A stretch of 33,287 nucleotides of DNA from Elusimicrobiota bacterium. Lineage in GTDB: Bacteria > Elusimicrobiota > Elusimicrobia > F11. The notes beneath the pieces are model-generated. The model was not told the origin of the DNA. It saw only the letters and a list, made by a program, of their open reading frames with translations, and made no database searches. Location of the stretch: contig JBJXGI010000093.1 of the NCBI GenBank assembly GCA_046153645.1, positions 1-33,287 on the forward strand, read 5' to 3'. Each line of letters starts with the position of its first letter. Position 1 is the first letter of the stretch. A program made the position numbers and the translations under genes. Positions 24,220 through 33,287 of this stretch are shown here, one piece after another.

Positions 24220-25995
24220 GTGACAGAAGAACAACAAAATATTGTGTTAAAAGGAGTCGCAGCGTCCGATGGTATTTCTATCGGTCCCGCTTTCGTTTTT
24301 GAAGACGAAGATGTTGCTATTCCTAAATGGAACGTCCCCAAAGATCGTCTTAAAAACGAAATTTCACGTTTTCGTTTTGCGCTGGCTCGAACCAAAGAAG
24401 AAATGGTCGGAATTCACGCTAAAGCGATTAAAGCTTTTGGTAAATCTCATGCGCGTCTGATGGATGCCTACCTTCTTATTCTTGATGATCCCTTCTTAAG
24501 TAAAGACGTTGTCAAAATTATTGAAACCGATCAAGTGAACGCTGAATATGCTTTGACCCAAATTATTGATCGTACCGTAAAAGTTATGGAAAATTTTGAT
24601 GATGAATATTTTCGTGACCGGAAATACGATATTTTAGATGTTGGGCACAAAGTGCTTCGTCACTTGATGGGGCATGAAAAAAAATCGATGGATTCCATTT
24701 CAGAACCTTCTATTGTTATTGCCCATAATTTAACCCCAACAGATACCATGAATTTAAAAGATCATATGGTGGTTGCCTTTGCAACAAATATTGGGGGCAA
24801 AACTTCTCACGCGGCTTTATTGGCCCAATCTATGACGATTCCAGCTGTTGTGGGAATGAGAGATATAACAAGTCATGTCCGAACGGGAGATATGCTGATC
24901 ATCGATGGGCATGAAGGTATTATTATTCTCAAGCCTGATGATGAGATAATTAAAAAATATCGTATTAATCAACAGAAGCGAAAAGAAGAAGAACGGCGCC
25001 TCGAAAAATTAAGGGATTTACCCGCTCAAACCCTAGATGGACATAGAATTACTTTGGCGGCCAATATTGAGGTTTCTGCTGATGTTAAAGTGGCGTTATC
25101 TCATGGAGCCGAAGGAATTGGTCTTTTTAGGACTGAATTTTTATTTTTAAATCGTAAGTCAACTCCGACTGAAGAAGAGCAATATGAAAGTTACAGATTG
25201 GCCGTGAGAGCGTCTTTTCCTTTCCCCGTTATTGTAAGAACGCTTGATATTGGTGGGGATAAATTGGCTAATTTGGGTGTCACTGGAATTTCACCAGAGA
25301 GTAATCCTTTTTTGGGTTTAAGAGGAATAAGGCTTTGTCTTAAATTCCCGGAGCTGTTCAAAGTTCAATTGAGAGCGGTTTTACGCGCCTCAACTGAAGG
25401 AAAAATAAAAATCATGTATCCGATGGTTTCAGGATTAGATGAGTTGAGAGCGGCAAATTCAATTCTCCAAGAAGTAAAAAGTGAATTACGTTCTAAACAA
25501 ATCCCTTTTGATGAATCAATGGAAGTTGGAATGATGGTTGAGGTTCCCTCCGCCGCTTTAATGGTGGATATTCTTGCCAGAGAAGTTGATTTTTTTTCTT
25601 TGGGAACCAATGACTTAATTCAATATTCCTTAGCGGTTGATCGGGTTAATGAAAATGTGGCCAGTCTTTACCAGCCGCTTCATTTGGCGGTCTTGCGCCT
25701 TATTGATCAAACCGTAAAAGCGGGGCACAATATTGGCAATAAATGGGTTGGTGTTTGCGGTGAAATGGCCTCTGAGCCAGAATTGGTGCCAATCTTATTG
25801 GGTTTAGATATTGACGAATTATCTGTTGCTCCCAGCGCTGTTCCAAAAGTAAAAGAAGTTATTCGATCCAGTACCTATGCTGAGTGTGTTCAATTAACGC
25901 GTGAGGTTATGAACGCGGCAAGTTTAGAATCAGCGCAAAGAATATTAAGACTCTTTGCTGATCAAAAATTATCATCTCCTCGGCCCCGGTCTTAA
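24220..25995 (+). CDS. ptsI: PTS enzyme I
   Basis: GGKTSHAA, GLFRTEFL, NPFLGLRGIR, GTNDLIQY and VCGEMA motifs. Confidence 0.95.
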   Translation: MTEEQQNIVLKGVAASDGISIGPAFVFEDEDVAIPKWNVPKDRLKNEISRFRFALARTKEEMVGIHAKAIKAFGKSHARLMDAYLLILDDPFLSKDVVKIIETDQVNAEYALTQIIDRTVKVMENFDDEYFRDRKYDILDVGHKVLRHLMGHEKKSMDSISEPSIVIAHNLTPTDTMNLKDHMVVAFATNIGGKTSHAALLAQSMTIPAVVGMRDITSHVRTGDMLIIDGHEGIIILKPDDEIIKKYRINQQKRKEEERRLEKLRDLPAQTLDGHRITLAANIEVSADVKVALSHGAEGIGLFRTEFLFLNRKSTPTEEEQYESYRLAVRASFPFPVIVRTLDIGGDKLANLGVTGISPESNPFLGLRGIRLCLKFPELFKVQLRAVLRASTEGKIKIMYPMVSGLDELRAANSILQEVKSELRSKQIPFDESMEVGMMVEVPSAALMVDILAREVDFFSLGTNDLIQYSLAVDRVNENVASLYQPLHLAVLRLIDQTVKAGHNIGNKWVGVCGEMASEPELVPILLGLDIDELSVAPSAVPKVKEVIRSSTYAECVQLTREVMNAASLESAQRILRLFADQKLSSPRPRS

Positions 25996-26001
25996 ACCTC
26001 C

Positions 26002-27789
26002 ATGCCTGATAATATTCGAAACTTTTGCATTATTGCGCACATTGATCATGGTAAATCTACTTTGGCTGATCGTTTATTGGAATTAACTGGCACGGTCTCT
26101 CTTCGGGAAATGCGCGGGCAAATATTAGATGGAATGGAATTGGAGAGAGAACGCGGAATTACTATTAAAGCGAAATCCGTTCGAATGAATCATGAAGGAA
26201 AAATCCTAAATCTCATTGATACTCCTGGTCATGTGGATTTTACTTATGAAGTTTCTAGAGCGCTGCAAGCGTGTGAAGGAGCGCTTTTAATTATTGACGC
26301 TTCCCAAGGTGTAGAGGCTCAAACTCTGGCTAATTTTACTTTAGCCACCGAGGCGGGCCTTAAAATTATTCCAGTCATTAATAAAATTGATCTGCCTGCC
26401 GCTGATCCTGATCGAGTTCATGAAGAGATTTATGAGATTTTAGGTATTGAAGATGATCCCATCAAAATTAGCGCCAAAACAGGTTTGAACGTAGAGGCGG
26501 TTTTAAAAGCCATTGTTGATCGAGTGCCGCCGCCGAAAGGTTCATCAGATGAAGCGCTTTCTGCTTTGTTGTTTGATTCTTTATTTGATCCCTTTAGAGG
26601 GATTATTGTTTTTGTTCGTTTGATGTCAGGAACGTTAAAAGGCGGCGACAAAGTCAAATTTATGGCCTCTGGTGATGAGTTTGTTGTAGAAGAACTGGGT
26701 TACATGCGCATGAAAATGGAGCAGGCCAAATGTTTATTGACCGGAGAAGTGGGGTATCTCATCCTTGGTATTCGCGACGCGTCTCAAGTTCATATTGGGG
26801 ACACCATTACAAGTGTTCTTAATCCAACCAAACAAGCTTTACCAGGCTATCATGAAGTCAAACCTTTTGTTTTTTGTGGAATGTTTCCCATTAATTCCAG
26901 CGATTATGGAATTTTAAAATCCGCTCTCGAAAAACTGCATTTAACAGATTCTTCGTTTTTATATGAAGCAGAAACGTCAACGGCTTTGGGTTTCGGTTTT
27001 CGCTGCGGGTTTTTGGGCCTTCTTCATATGGATATTATTCGTCAAAGATTAGAACGAGAATTCGATTTAAATCTTATTATTACGGCTCCCAATGTTGTTT
27101 ATCGTGTCATTGACCAAAAAGGAATAGCAACTGAAATTCATAATCCCTCTGATTTCCCCGAATCTTCTAAAGGGATGACAGTTCAAGAACCCTATGTGAG
27201 AGCCACGCTGATTTCTCCTGCCGATTACACGGGGTCCATTATGCAGCTTTGTCAGGACAGAAGGGGAATTATGTTAGATATGAAATATTTAACACCCATT
27301 CGTGTTCGCATGATTTATGAGTTGCCACTTGCAGAAATTGTGGTTAACTTTTTTGATTCGCTCAAATCTATCACGCGTGGTTATGCTTCGTTTGATTATG
27401 AGCCGATCGGTTATAAAGATGGCGATTTAGTAAAACTAGAAATTTTGGTCGCTGGTGAACCGTTGGACGCGCTTTCTTATGTGGTTCATGAAACAAATGC
27501 TTTTGCTTGGGGGCGTCGGATCACAGAGAAAATGCGAGATTTAATTCCCAGACAAATGTTTGAAGTTCCATTACAAGCGCGCATAGAAGGGCGTATCATT
27601 GCCAGGGAATCTGTTCGTGCCATGCGCAAAGACGTTTTGGCCAAGTGTTATGGCGGTGATATCTCAAGAAAACGAAAATTACTTGAGAAACAAAAAGAGG
27701 GTAAAAAAAGAATGAAGCAGTTCGGGGCGGTTGAAATACCACAGGAAGCTTTTTTGGCTGTACTCGAATTATCCGAAGGGGAATCTTAA
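26002..27789 (+). CDS. lepA: Elongation factor 4
   Basis: IAHIDHGKSTLADR, GFRCGFLGLLH and KCYGGDISRKRKLL motifs. Confidence 0.98.
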   Translation: MPDNIRNFCIIAHIDHGKSTLADRLLELTGTVSLREMRGQILDGMELERERGITIKAKSVRMNHEGKILNLIDTPGHVDFTYEVSRALQACEGALLIIDASQGVEAQTLANFTLATEAGLKIIPVINKIDLPAADPDRVHEEIYEILGIEDDPIKISAKTGLNVEAVLKAIVDRVPPPKGSSDEALSALLFDSLFDPFRGIIVFVRLMSGTLKGGDKVKFMASGDEFVVEELGYMRMKMEQAKCLLTGEVGYLILGIRDASQVHIGDTITSVLNPTKQALPGYHEVKPFVFCGMFPINSSDYGILKSALEKLHLTDSSFLYEAETSTALGFGFRCGFLGLLHMDIIRQRLEREFDLNLIITAPNVVYRVIDQKGIATEIHNPSDFPESSKGMTVQEPYVRATLISPADYTGSIMQLCQDRRGIMLDMKYLTPIRVRMIYELPLAEIVVNFFDSLKSITRGYASFDYEPIGYKDGDLVKLEILVAGEPLDALSYVVHETNAFAWGRRITEKMRDLIPRQMFEVPLQARIEGRIIARESVRAMRKDVLAKCYGGDISRKRKLLEKQKEGKKRMKQFGAVEIPQEAFLAVLELSEGES

Positions 27790-27790
27790 C

Positions 27791-28729
27791 GTGGAAGCTC
27801 GATTGTTTTTCTTATCATTGTGGTGCGGTTTATACGCGTTTTTGGTTCGATTTTTCTTAAAAAAAGAATCAACTCAGAAAAACCCTTTTTTTGTTGTGGT
27901 GATGAATGCTTTTTTTTGGGCAACAGCGGGTGTGATGGTAGGAATGCTGACAGCTAGTTACCGAGAGAAAGTGGATCAAGCCGATCAGATGGCCATTATT
28001 TTTGGTTTGGTTGCTGGGTTGATAGGGGCCATTGTTGGTTTTATTGTTGCTAAAAAAGAAGTTAAAAAAGAAGCGCTCATTAAAGATAATTTAGAATGGG
28101 CTGATACTGGTTTCTCAGCCATTCTCTTGGCTTCGGTTGTGATGTTTTTCTTGTTTCAAGCTTTTAAAATCCCTTCTGGTTCCATGCGAATGACTTTTGT
28201 TGAAGGAGATCATCTTTTTGTTCTGAAATGCGCTTATGGTTTTCCGATTCCTTTTACGCGTAAAAAAATTATTCCTTTTCAACAAGTAAAACGGGGTGAT
28301 ATTGTGATTTTTAGATATCCTGCGAAATCAAAAGAAGATGGAAATTATGGAAAAGATTTTATTAAGCGAGTGATCGGGTTAGAAGGCGAAACCTTAGAAT
28401 TGAAAAATAAACAACTTTATATTAACGGGGTTCCTCTTGATGAGTCCTATAAACAGCATGTGGTCAACACAATTTACGAAGGAAATCCGCTGCCAAAAGA
28501 TGAGTATCAGATGGCTTGGGAAAATGGCGAATTTGCGAGCCCCAGTTCTATTGATATTCGGGATAATTTTGGACCAATAACAATACCATCTGGAAAAGTT
28601 TTTGTTATGGGAGATAATCGCGATCGATCTTTTGATTCTCGTTATTGGGGACCTTTAAGAAAAGATGAAATTAAGGGAAGGGCTGGTCTTAGGTATTGGC
28701 CGCTGTCTCGTTTTAAACTCGTCAAATAG
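27791..28729 (+). CDS. lepB: Signal peptidase I with extra N-terminal TM helices
   Basis: IPSGSM, FIKRVIG and MGDNRDRSFDSRYWG motifs. GTG at 27791 avoids overlap with lepA (track start 27731). Confidence 0.92.
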   Translation: MEARLFFLSLWCGLYAFLVRFFLKKESTQKNPFFVVVMNAFFWATAGVMVGMLTASYREKVDQADQMAIIFGLVAGLIGAIVGFIVAKKEVKKEALIKDNLEWADTGFSAILLASVVMFFLFQAFKIPSGSMRMTFVEGDHLFVLKCAYGFPIPFTRKKIIPFQQVKRGDIVIFRYPAKSKEDGNYGKDFIKRVIGLEGETLELKNKQLYINGVPLDESYKQHVVNTIYEGNPLPKDEYQMAWENGEFASPSSIDIRDNFGPITIPSGKVFVMGDNRDRSFDSRYWGPLRKDEIKGRAGLRYWPLSRFKLVK

Positions 28730-28741
28730 TAAAAATTTCCC

Positions 28742-29818
28742 ATGCACCATGGGCTTTATGTTCATATTCCTTTTTGTGATGCCAAGTGCTCGTATTGCGA
28801 CTTCGTTACCTTTGTTGGGCTCAATGACCAAATAGATCGCTATCTAAAAGCACTGGAGATTGAAGCTTCTTCCTACAATGAAGCGATCGATACCTTGTTT
28901 ATTGGTGGTGGGACCCCCAGTGTTTTATCTCCTATTCAAATTGATCAGCTTTTTCAAGGTCTTAAAAAATCATTTGATTTCGCACCGCTAAAAGAAGCCA
29001 CGGTTGAAATGAATCCAGAAAGCGCAACTGAGGAAAAGTTTCTAGCTTTTAAGAAAAATGGAATTAACCGAATTAGTTTTGGTTTGCAGGCCACTCAAAA
29101 CGCCATTCTCTCTCATATTAATCGCCTTCATTCATATGAAACTTTTTTGAAAGCCTATTCTTTGGCTCGCAAACTTGGTTTTTATCATCTTAATATTGAT
29201 CTCATTTTAGGTCTTCCCCATCAAACCTTAAAAGATTGGGAAAATACTTTGACTGAAATTATCCAGTTAAATCCCGAACATATTTCAACCTATGCTCTTA
29301 AAGTAGAACCAAATACCGACCTTGGAAAAAACCACTTTGAGTGCGATTCCGATTTGCAGGCCGATATGTATTTGATGGCGTCGGAAAAATTGATCAGCGC
29401 CGGTTATGAACATTATGAGATTTCTAATTTCTCTAAACCAGGTCGCGCTTCCCTTCATAATTTGAAATATTGGAAAAATGAACCCACGGTTGGGTTGGGT
29501 GTCTCCGCAACAGGTTACTTGGGTAAAAAACGAAGGAAAAATACACCGCGTCTCCCAGAATATTTGAATTCCTTGGAGAAAGGGGAAAAGGTTCCTCAAG
29601 AAATATTTGAATTATCTGATTATGAAACCGAAAAAGAATTTTTCTTGTTGGGATTGCGCCTCAAAGAGGGGGTTTCTTACGAAAAATTAATGACGTATCA
29701 AATTCCAAAGGTGAAAGATTTTTTAAAAGCGAATTTGGCCGAAGTTGATAAAGGGAGATTTAAATTAAAACCCGCTGGATGGTTACTCTCAAACCAACTG
29801 TTTTCGGAATTGGTGTGA
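28742..29818 (+). CDS. hemW: Radical SAM heme chaperone HemW
   Basis: YVHIPFCDAKCSYCDF, GGGTPS, HYEISNF and HNLKYW motifs. Confidence 0.9.
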   Translation: MHHGLYVHIPFCDAKCSYCDFVTFVGLNDQIDRYLKALEIEASSYNEAIDTLFIGGGTPSVLSPIQIDQLFQGLKKSFDFAPLKEATVEMNPESATEEKFLAFKKNGINRISFGLQATQNAILSHINRLHSYETFLKAYSLARKLGFYHLNIDLILGLPHQTLKDWENTLTEIIQLNPEHISTYALKVEPNTDLGKNHFECDSDLQADMYLMASEKLISAGYEHYEISNFSKPGRASLHNLKYWKNEPTVGLGVSATGYLGKKRRKNTPRLPEYLNSLEKGEKVPQEIFELSDYETEKEFFLLGLRLKEGVSYEKLMTYQIPKVKDFLKANLAEVDKGRFKLKPAGWLLSNQLFSELV

Positions 29819-29836
29819 TATTTTTTAATTGAAATT

Positions 29837-29876
29837 AAAGAGGTGAAAGTGTATGAAAGCGAATGAATTTGATCGT
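29837..29876 (+). pseudogene. Possible scar of a BrnT/BrnA-like toxin-antitoxin junction
   Basis: KEVKVYESE* overlapping MKANEFDR in a second frame; very short, recognised from memory of the family. Confidence 0.4.
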
Positions 29877-29915
29877 GTCTCTTTAGCATGTTGAGTCAAT
29901 TTTAAAACCTGAGTC

Positions 29916-29970
29916 GTCACCCCCGAATGTCTTAGTCGGGGGTCTGCTTTTGAACAGTTTAGATCCCCGA
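29916..29970. repeat. Truncated REP-like element, same family as 12180
   Basis: GTCACCCCCG-AATGTCTTAGT-CGGGGGTCT..TAGATCCCCGA. Confidence 0.7.
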
Positions 29971-29989
29971 ACGCCTGAAAGCAGCTTAA

Positions 29990-30003
29990 AGTTATTTCTA
30001 GCA
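29990..30003. repeat. Direct repeat, copy 1 (14 bp), flanking the TA cassette
   Basis: AGTTATTTCTAGCA, identical at 30390-30403. Confidence 0.75.
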
Positions 30004-30020
30004 TGCTTTATTAATTGCCA

Positions 30021-30049
30021 TTGAAGCTGTTTTATAAACTTGTTATCCT
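30021..30049 (+). promoter_or_regulatory. Putative leaderless promoter of the antitoxin gene
   Basis: TTGAAG-N17-TATCCT with extended TGn; ATG 6 nt later; no Shine-Dalgarno. Confidence 0.5.
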
Positions 30050-30055
30050 TTTTTT

Positions 30056-30238
30056 ATGACAATAAAACAAAAAGTTTTAAAAGCGGTTCAGAGTCTACCG
30101 GCTAAAGCCTCAATGGAAGATGTTATAGATCAGTTATTGTTTCTTGCTAAAATCGAAAAAGGATTAACTCAAGCCAATTCCAATCAATCTATTTCCCATT
30201 CAAAGGCTAAGGCGAAAATGTCGAAATGGTTCAAATAA
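30056..30238 (+). CDS. Small antitoxin of a RelE/ParE system
   Basis: LP..ASMEDVIDQLLFLAKIEKGL...ISH; overlaps the start of the toxin gene. Confidence 0.75.
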   Translation: MTIKQKVLKAVQSLPAKASMEDVIDQLLFLAKIEKGLTQANSNQSISHSKAKAKMSKWFK

Positions 30239-30391
30239 AGTGGACCCCTCAAGCCGTTGACGATTTTAAATCAATAATTGAATTCATATCAAAGAACTCC
30301 TTTCAAGAAAAAAGTAATAGAAGTATTAACCATTTATCACACTTCTAAGCTGTTTAGCCCGTCAAAATTACACTGGAAAAGTAGAAAATAG
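30226..30391 (+). pseudogene. RelE/ParE toxin with internal deletion and frameshift
   Basis: N-terminus MVQIKWTPQAVDDFKSIIEFISKNS joined out of frame to C-terminus KVIEVLTIYHTSKL. Confidence 0.8.
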
Positions 30392-30403
30392 TTATTTCTA
30401 GCA
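30390..30403. repeat. Direct repeat, copy 2 (14 bp)
   Basis: AGTTATTTCTAGCA, 400 bp from copy 1. Confidence 0.75.
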
Positions 30404-30424
30404 CTCTTCCTAAGAGTGTGCTTG
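30398..30424. promoter_or_regulatory. Degenerate second CIRCE overlapping the -35 box
   Basis: CTAGCACTC-N9-GTGTGCTTG (8/9 and 6/9 matches to consensus). Confidence 0.5.
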
Positions 30425-30449
30425 ACATAATTCCCTAACCTTTTATACT
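30422..30449 (+). promoter_or_regulatory. Sigma70 promoter of hrcA-grpE-dnaK
   Basis: TTGACA-N16-TATACT. Confidence 0.8.
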
Positions 30450-30450
30450 A

Positions 30451-30477
30451 TTAGCACTCATAAATAAGGAGTGCTAA
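30451..30477. promoter_or_regulatory. CIRCE element (HrcA operator)
   Basis: Perfect TTAGCACTC-N9-GAGTGCTAA upstream of hrcA. Confidence 0.97.
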
Positions 30478-30488
30478 ACTAGAATTCC

Positions 30489-31562
30489 ATGAGAATATTA
30501 GCTTCAGATGAACAGCAAGCGCGCAAAGAAAAGATTCTTCAAGCGGTTGTTCATTTGTTTATAAAAACCGGAAAACCAATAGGCTCGAGTACCATTATTG
30601 AGTCATACAAAGTGAACTTATCTCCGGCGACCATTCGCAATGTATTGGCAGAGTTGGAGTTGGATGGGTATTTAACCCATCCGCATACCTCTGCTGGGCG
30701 AGTGCCAACGGATCGAGGGTATCGTTCTTATGTGGACTCTCTGGTTAATATTCAGAAATTGGCGGTGGAAGAAGAACGAAGAATTCAAAAAGAATACATT
30801 CAACGCCAAAGAGAAATAGAAGATCTCATGACGTCGACTTCTCGAGTGTTATCGGCGCTTTCTAATTGCACGGGATTTGTTTTACCTCCGAAAGTAAATG
30901 TAGACCGCCTAAGAAGAATTGAATTAATTCCAATGAGCAGAACTCAATTATTAGCCGTTTTAGTTTCAGAGACAGGGTTTGTCAGAAATCAAATGATCGA
31001 GGTGGTTTCTTTACCTAGTGAAGAAACATTAAGAGACGCATCAAGATTTTTAAACCAGCGTTTGAGTGGGCATTTGATGACGGAAGTAGAAAGTCAATTG
31101 ATTCAAGAGCTTGATCAATATAACCGACATCAAGTAGAACAAGAAGAGTTTATTAAGTCGATTGCGCGAAATTTATTTGGGACAGAATTTAAAAACGACG
31201 TTTATGTGGAAGGGGCCAGTAACTTGCTCAAGTTTCCCGAATTTCAAGATGTTGAAGCCATTCGGCATTTTGCGCAGTTGGTAGATGAAAAAGAAACTTT
31301 AGGAGAAGTTTTATCTAAAGGATTAACTGAGGATGGAATGCAAGTGAGAATTGGATCAGAATATTCTCCAGAGTTAAAACATTTCAGCGTTGTTTCATCT
31401 GGTTACACTGTGAATGGAAGACCTGTGGGCGTTCTCGGGATTTTAGGCCCTCGCCGGATGGATTATGAGCGCATGATGTCTATTGTAAATACCGTTTCAA
31501 AGCTTATGACACAATATTTAGAAGAGAGGAAACATTTACTTGAAGAAGGTGACGAAGCATGA
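30489..31562 (+). CDS. hrcA: Heat-inducible transcription repressor
   Basis: SPATIRN, PHTSAGRVPTDRGYR and LGPRRMDY motifs. Confidence 0.96.
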   Translation: MRILASDEQQARKEKILQAVVHLFIKTGKPIGSSTIIESYKVNLSPATIRNVLAELELDGYLTHPHTSAGRVPTDRGYRSYVDSLVNIQKLAVEEERRIQKEYIQRQREIEDLMTSTSRVLSALSNCTGFVLPPKVNVDRLRRIELIPMSRTQLLAVLVSETGFVRNQMIEVVSLPSEETLRDASRFLNQRLSGHLMTEVESQLIQELDQYNRHQVEQEEFIKSIARNLFGTEFKNDVYVEGASNLLKFPEFQDVEAIRHFAQLVDEKETLGEVLSKGLTEDGMQVRIGSEYSPELKHFSVVSSGYTVNGRPVGVLGILGPRRMDYERMMSIVNTVSKLMTQYLEERKHLLEEGDEA

Positions 31563-32116
31563 GTTTGGAATCTGAAGAGAGACCAGAATTGGCTGAAAAA
31601 TTGTCTGAGCTAGATATTTTAAAGCAATCTGTAGACGAATTAAAATTGAAAGAGCGCGCGACATACGATCAATTATTAAGACAGACTGCAGACTTTCAAA
31701 ACTTTAGAAAAAGAAATGAACAAAAAGTTATCGAATCAAGGCAAGCAGGGAAAGAAGATGTTTTGACAAGCATTATTTCTTTGGCCGACACACTGCTATC
31801 GGCTGAATTGGCCAGTCAAAATGCGACTGATATGGAATCATTAAAGCGTGGGCTGACGCTTGTCAGAGAACAGTTTGAAAAATTTTTAAGTGAACAGGGC
31901 TTGGTCGCCATAAAAGCAAAAGGAGAAAAATTAAATCCAGACCTTCATGATGTGATTGCAAGTGTTGTGGATAATTCTCTAGAAGAAGGAACCATTGTTG
32001 ATGAAATTCAACGAGGGTTTACTTTAAATGACCGAATGGTAAGACCGGCTCGTGTGCGAGTGTCGACAAAGCCGCAAGAAGTGACACCCACAAAAGGAAA
32101 TCAGGAGGAAAAATAA
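31559..32116 (+). CDS. grpE: Nucleotide exchange factor GrpE
   Basis: ADFQNFRKR and [16 protein letters not shown] motifs. Confidence 0.93.
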   Translation: MSLESEERPELAEKLSELDILKQSVDELKLKERATYDQLLRQTADFQNFRKRNEQKVIESRQAGKEDVLTSIISLADTLLSAELASQNATDMESLKRGLTLVREQFEKFLSEQGLVAIKAKGEKLNPDLHDVIASVVDNSLEEGTIVDEIQRGFTLNDRMVRPARVRVSTKPQEVTPTKGNQEEK

Positions 32117-32117
32117 T

Positions 32118-33287
32118 ATGGCTAAAATAATTGGAATCGATCTCGGAACATCAAATTCTGCTGCATCTATCATGGAGGGAGGAAAACCCACCATTATTCC
32201 TTCAGCAGAAGGAACAACGTTGGGAGGAAAAGCTTTCCCATCTTATGTGGCTTTTACCAAGGGTGCAGATTCTCAGCTTCTCATCGGTGAACCCGCTCGT
32301 CGTCAAGCGGTGTCAAACCCTGAAGGAACCTTGAGTACTTTTAAACGAAAAATGGGAACTGATTATAAGTATAAAGTTGGCGGAAAAGAATTTACGCCAC
32401 AACAATTGTCAGCGTTCATTCTTCAAAAAGTAAAAAGAGACGCGGAAGCTTATCTCTCAGAAAAAATTGAAAAAGCTGTTATCACCGTTCCTGCATATTT
32501 TAATGATCACCAGCGCCAAGCAACCAAAGACGCAGGTACCATTGCTGGTCTTGAAGTGGTGAGAATTATTAATGAGCCCACGGCGGCCTGTTTAGCTTAT
32601 GGAGTTGATAAACAAGGTAAAGACGAAAAAATCATGGTCTTTGATTTAGGAGGCGGAACGCTCGATGTTACCATCATGGACTTTGGTGGAGGCGTTTTTC
32701 AAGTGGTTTCTACCTCAGGTGACACTCAACTGGGTGGAACCGATATGGATAAAATTCTCATTGATTTTATCGCCGAAGAATTCAAAAAAGAAAATGGTTT
32801 AGATATTCGCAATGATGCTATGGCCACTCAACGAGTAAAAGAAGCCGCAGAAAAAGCCAAAATTGAACTTTCAACCACGCTTGAAACAGATATCAATCTT
32901 CCTTTTATTACAGCAGACGCTTCAGGCCCCAAACATTTGACCTTAAAACTCTCGCGTGCAAAATTGGAACAATTGGTAAAACCCATTGTCGATCGTTGTA
33001 AGCAGCCTATTGATCAGGCCTTGGGTGATGCCAAATTAACGCCAACCCAAATTACGAAGATTATTTTGGTTGGTGGTCCAACCCGAATGCCCATCATTCA
33101 AAAATTTGTTGAAGAAGTTGTGGGTAAAAAAGTGGAACGTGGTGTTGATCCCATGGAATGCGTTGCCATGGGGGCGGCTGTTCAGGCTGCGGTATTAACT
33201 GGAGAAGTAAAAGATGTTCTTTTGTTGGATGTTACGCCTCTTTCATTCGGCATTGAGACGCTTGGTGGAGTATCAACGAAGTTAATT
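32118..33287 (+). CDS. dnaK: Chaperone DnaK, 3'-truncated by the window (absent from the ORF track)
   Basis: Hand translation [41 protein letters not shown] upstream. Confidence 0.97.
   Translation, partial: MAKIIGIDLGTSNSAASIMEGGKPTIIPSAEGTTLGGKAFPSYVAFTKGADSQLLIGEPARRQAVSNPEGTLSTFKRKMGTDYKYKVGGKEFTPQQLSAFILQKVKRDAEAYLSEKIEKAVITVPAYFNDHQRQATKDAGTIAGLEVVRIINEPTAACLAYGVDKQGKDEKIMVFDLGGGTLDVTIMDFGGGVFQVVSTSGDTQLGGTDMDKILIDFIAEEFKKENGLDIRNDAMATQRVKEAAEKAKIELSTTLETDINLPFITADASGPKHLTLKLSRAKLEQLVKPIVDRCKQPIDQALGDAKLTPTQITKIILVGGPTRMPIIQKFVEEVVGKKVERGVDPMECVAMGAAVQAAVLTGEVKDVLLLDVTPLSFGIETLGGVSTKLI

Noticed and set aside
2705..29889. Short alternative-frame or antisense ORFs in the track (e.g. 2705, 4147, 6684, 8366, 8854, 10629, 16906, 17792, 18614, 20173, 22936, 23784, 25365, 26430, 29285)
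   Set aside because: They overlap well-supported genes and show no recognisable motifs.
32131..32334. 67-aa ORF in the track
   Set aside because: Out of frame within dnaK, which starts at 32118.
1..33287. CRISPR arrays, tRNA and rRNA genes
   Set aside because: No regularly spaced repeats or recognisable structural RNA sequences in any intergenic gap; not confirmed by software.

Overview
An AT-rich chromosomal segment from a diderm, LPS-producing bacterium, probably Elusimicrobiota or a related lineage (inferred from gene content, not verified). The + strand backbone is housekeeping: a partial membrane glycosyltransferase, DUF3108, waaF, GT4, rfaE1, kdsB-pyrG-kdsA-kdsC-lptCAB, a regulatory PTS cluster (ptsN-hprK-rapZ-IIA-ptsH-ptsI), lepA-lepB-hemW and CIRCE-hrcA-grpE-dnaK (partial). 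Two kinds of accessory DNA interrupt it. (1) A ~1830-aa modular exported/membrane protein with a putative ChaN/Tiki-like N-terminal domain, two CPBP-like transmembrane modules, an RNA polymerase alpha-CTD-like domain and a 2H phosphoesterase-like domain; its N-terminal domain has absorbed palindromic and heptamer repeat DNA in frame. (2) Small single-gene or toxin-antitoxin cassettes (AAA/DUF4143 ATPase, Fic-HTH, HigBA, ParE-type TA, a BrnT/A-like scar). Two cassettes are bracketed by direct repeats (41 bp and 14 bp), three appear to have leaderless promoters, the TA toxin genes are all broken, and no integrase or transposase is present. No rRNA, tRNA or CRISPR array was seen.
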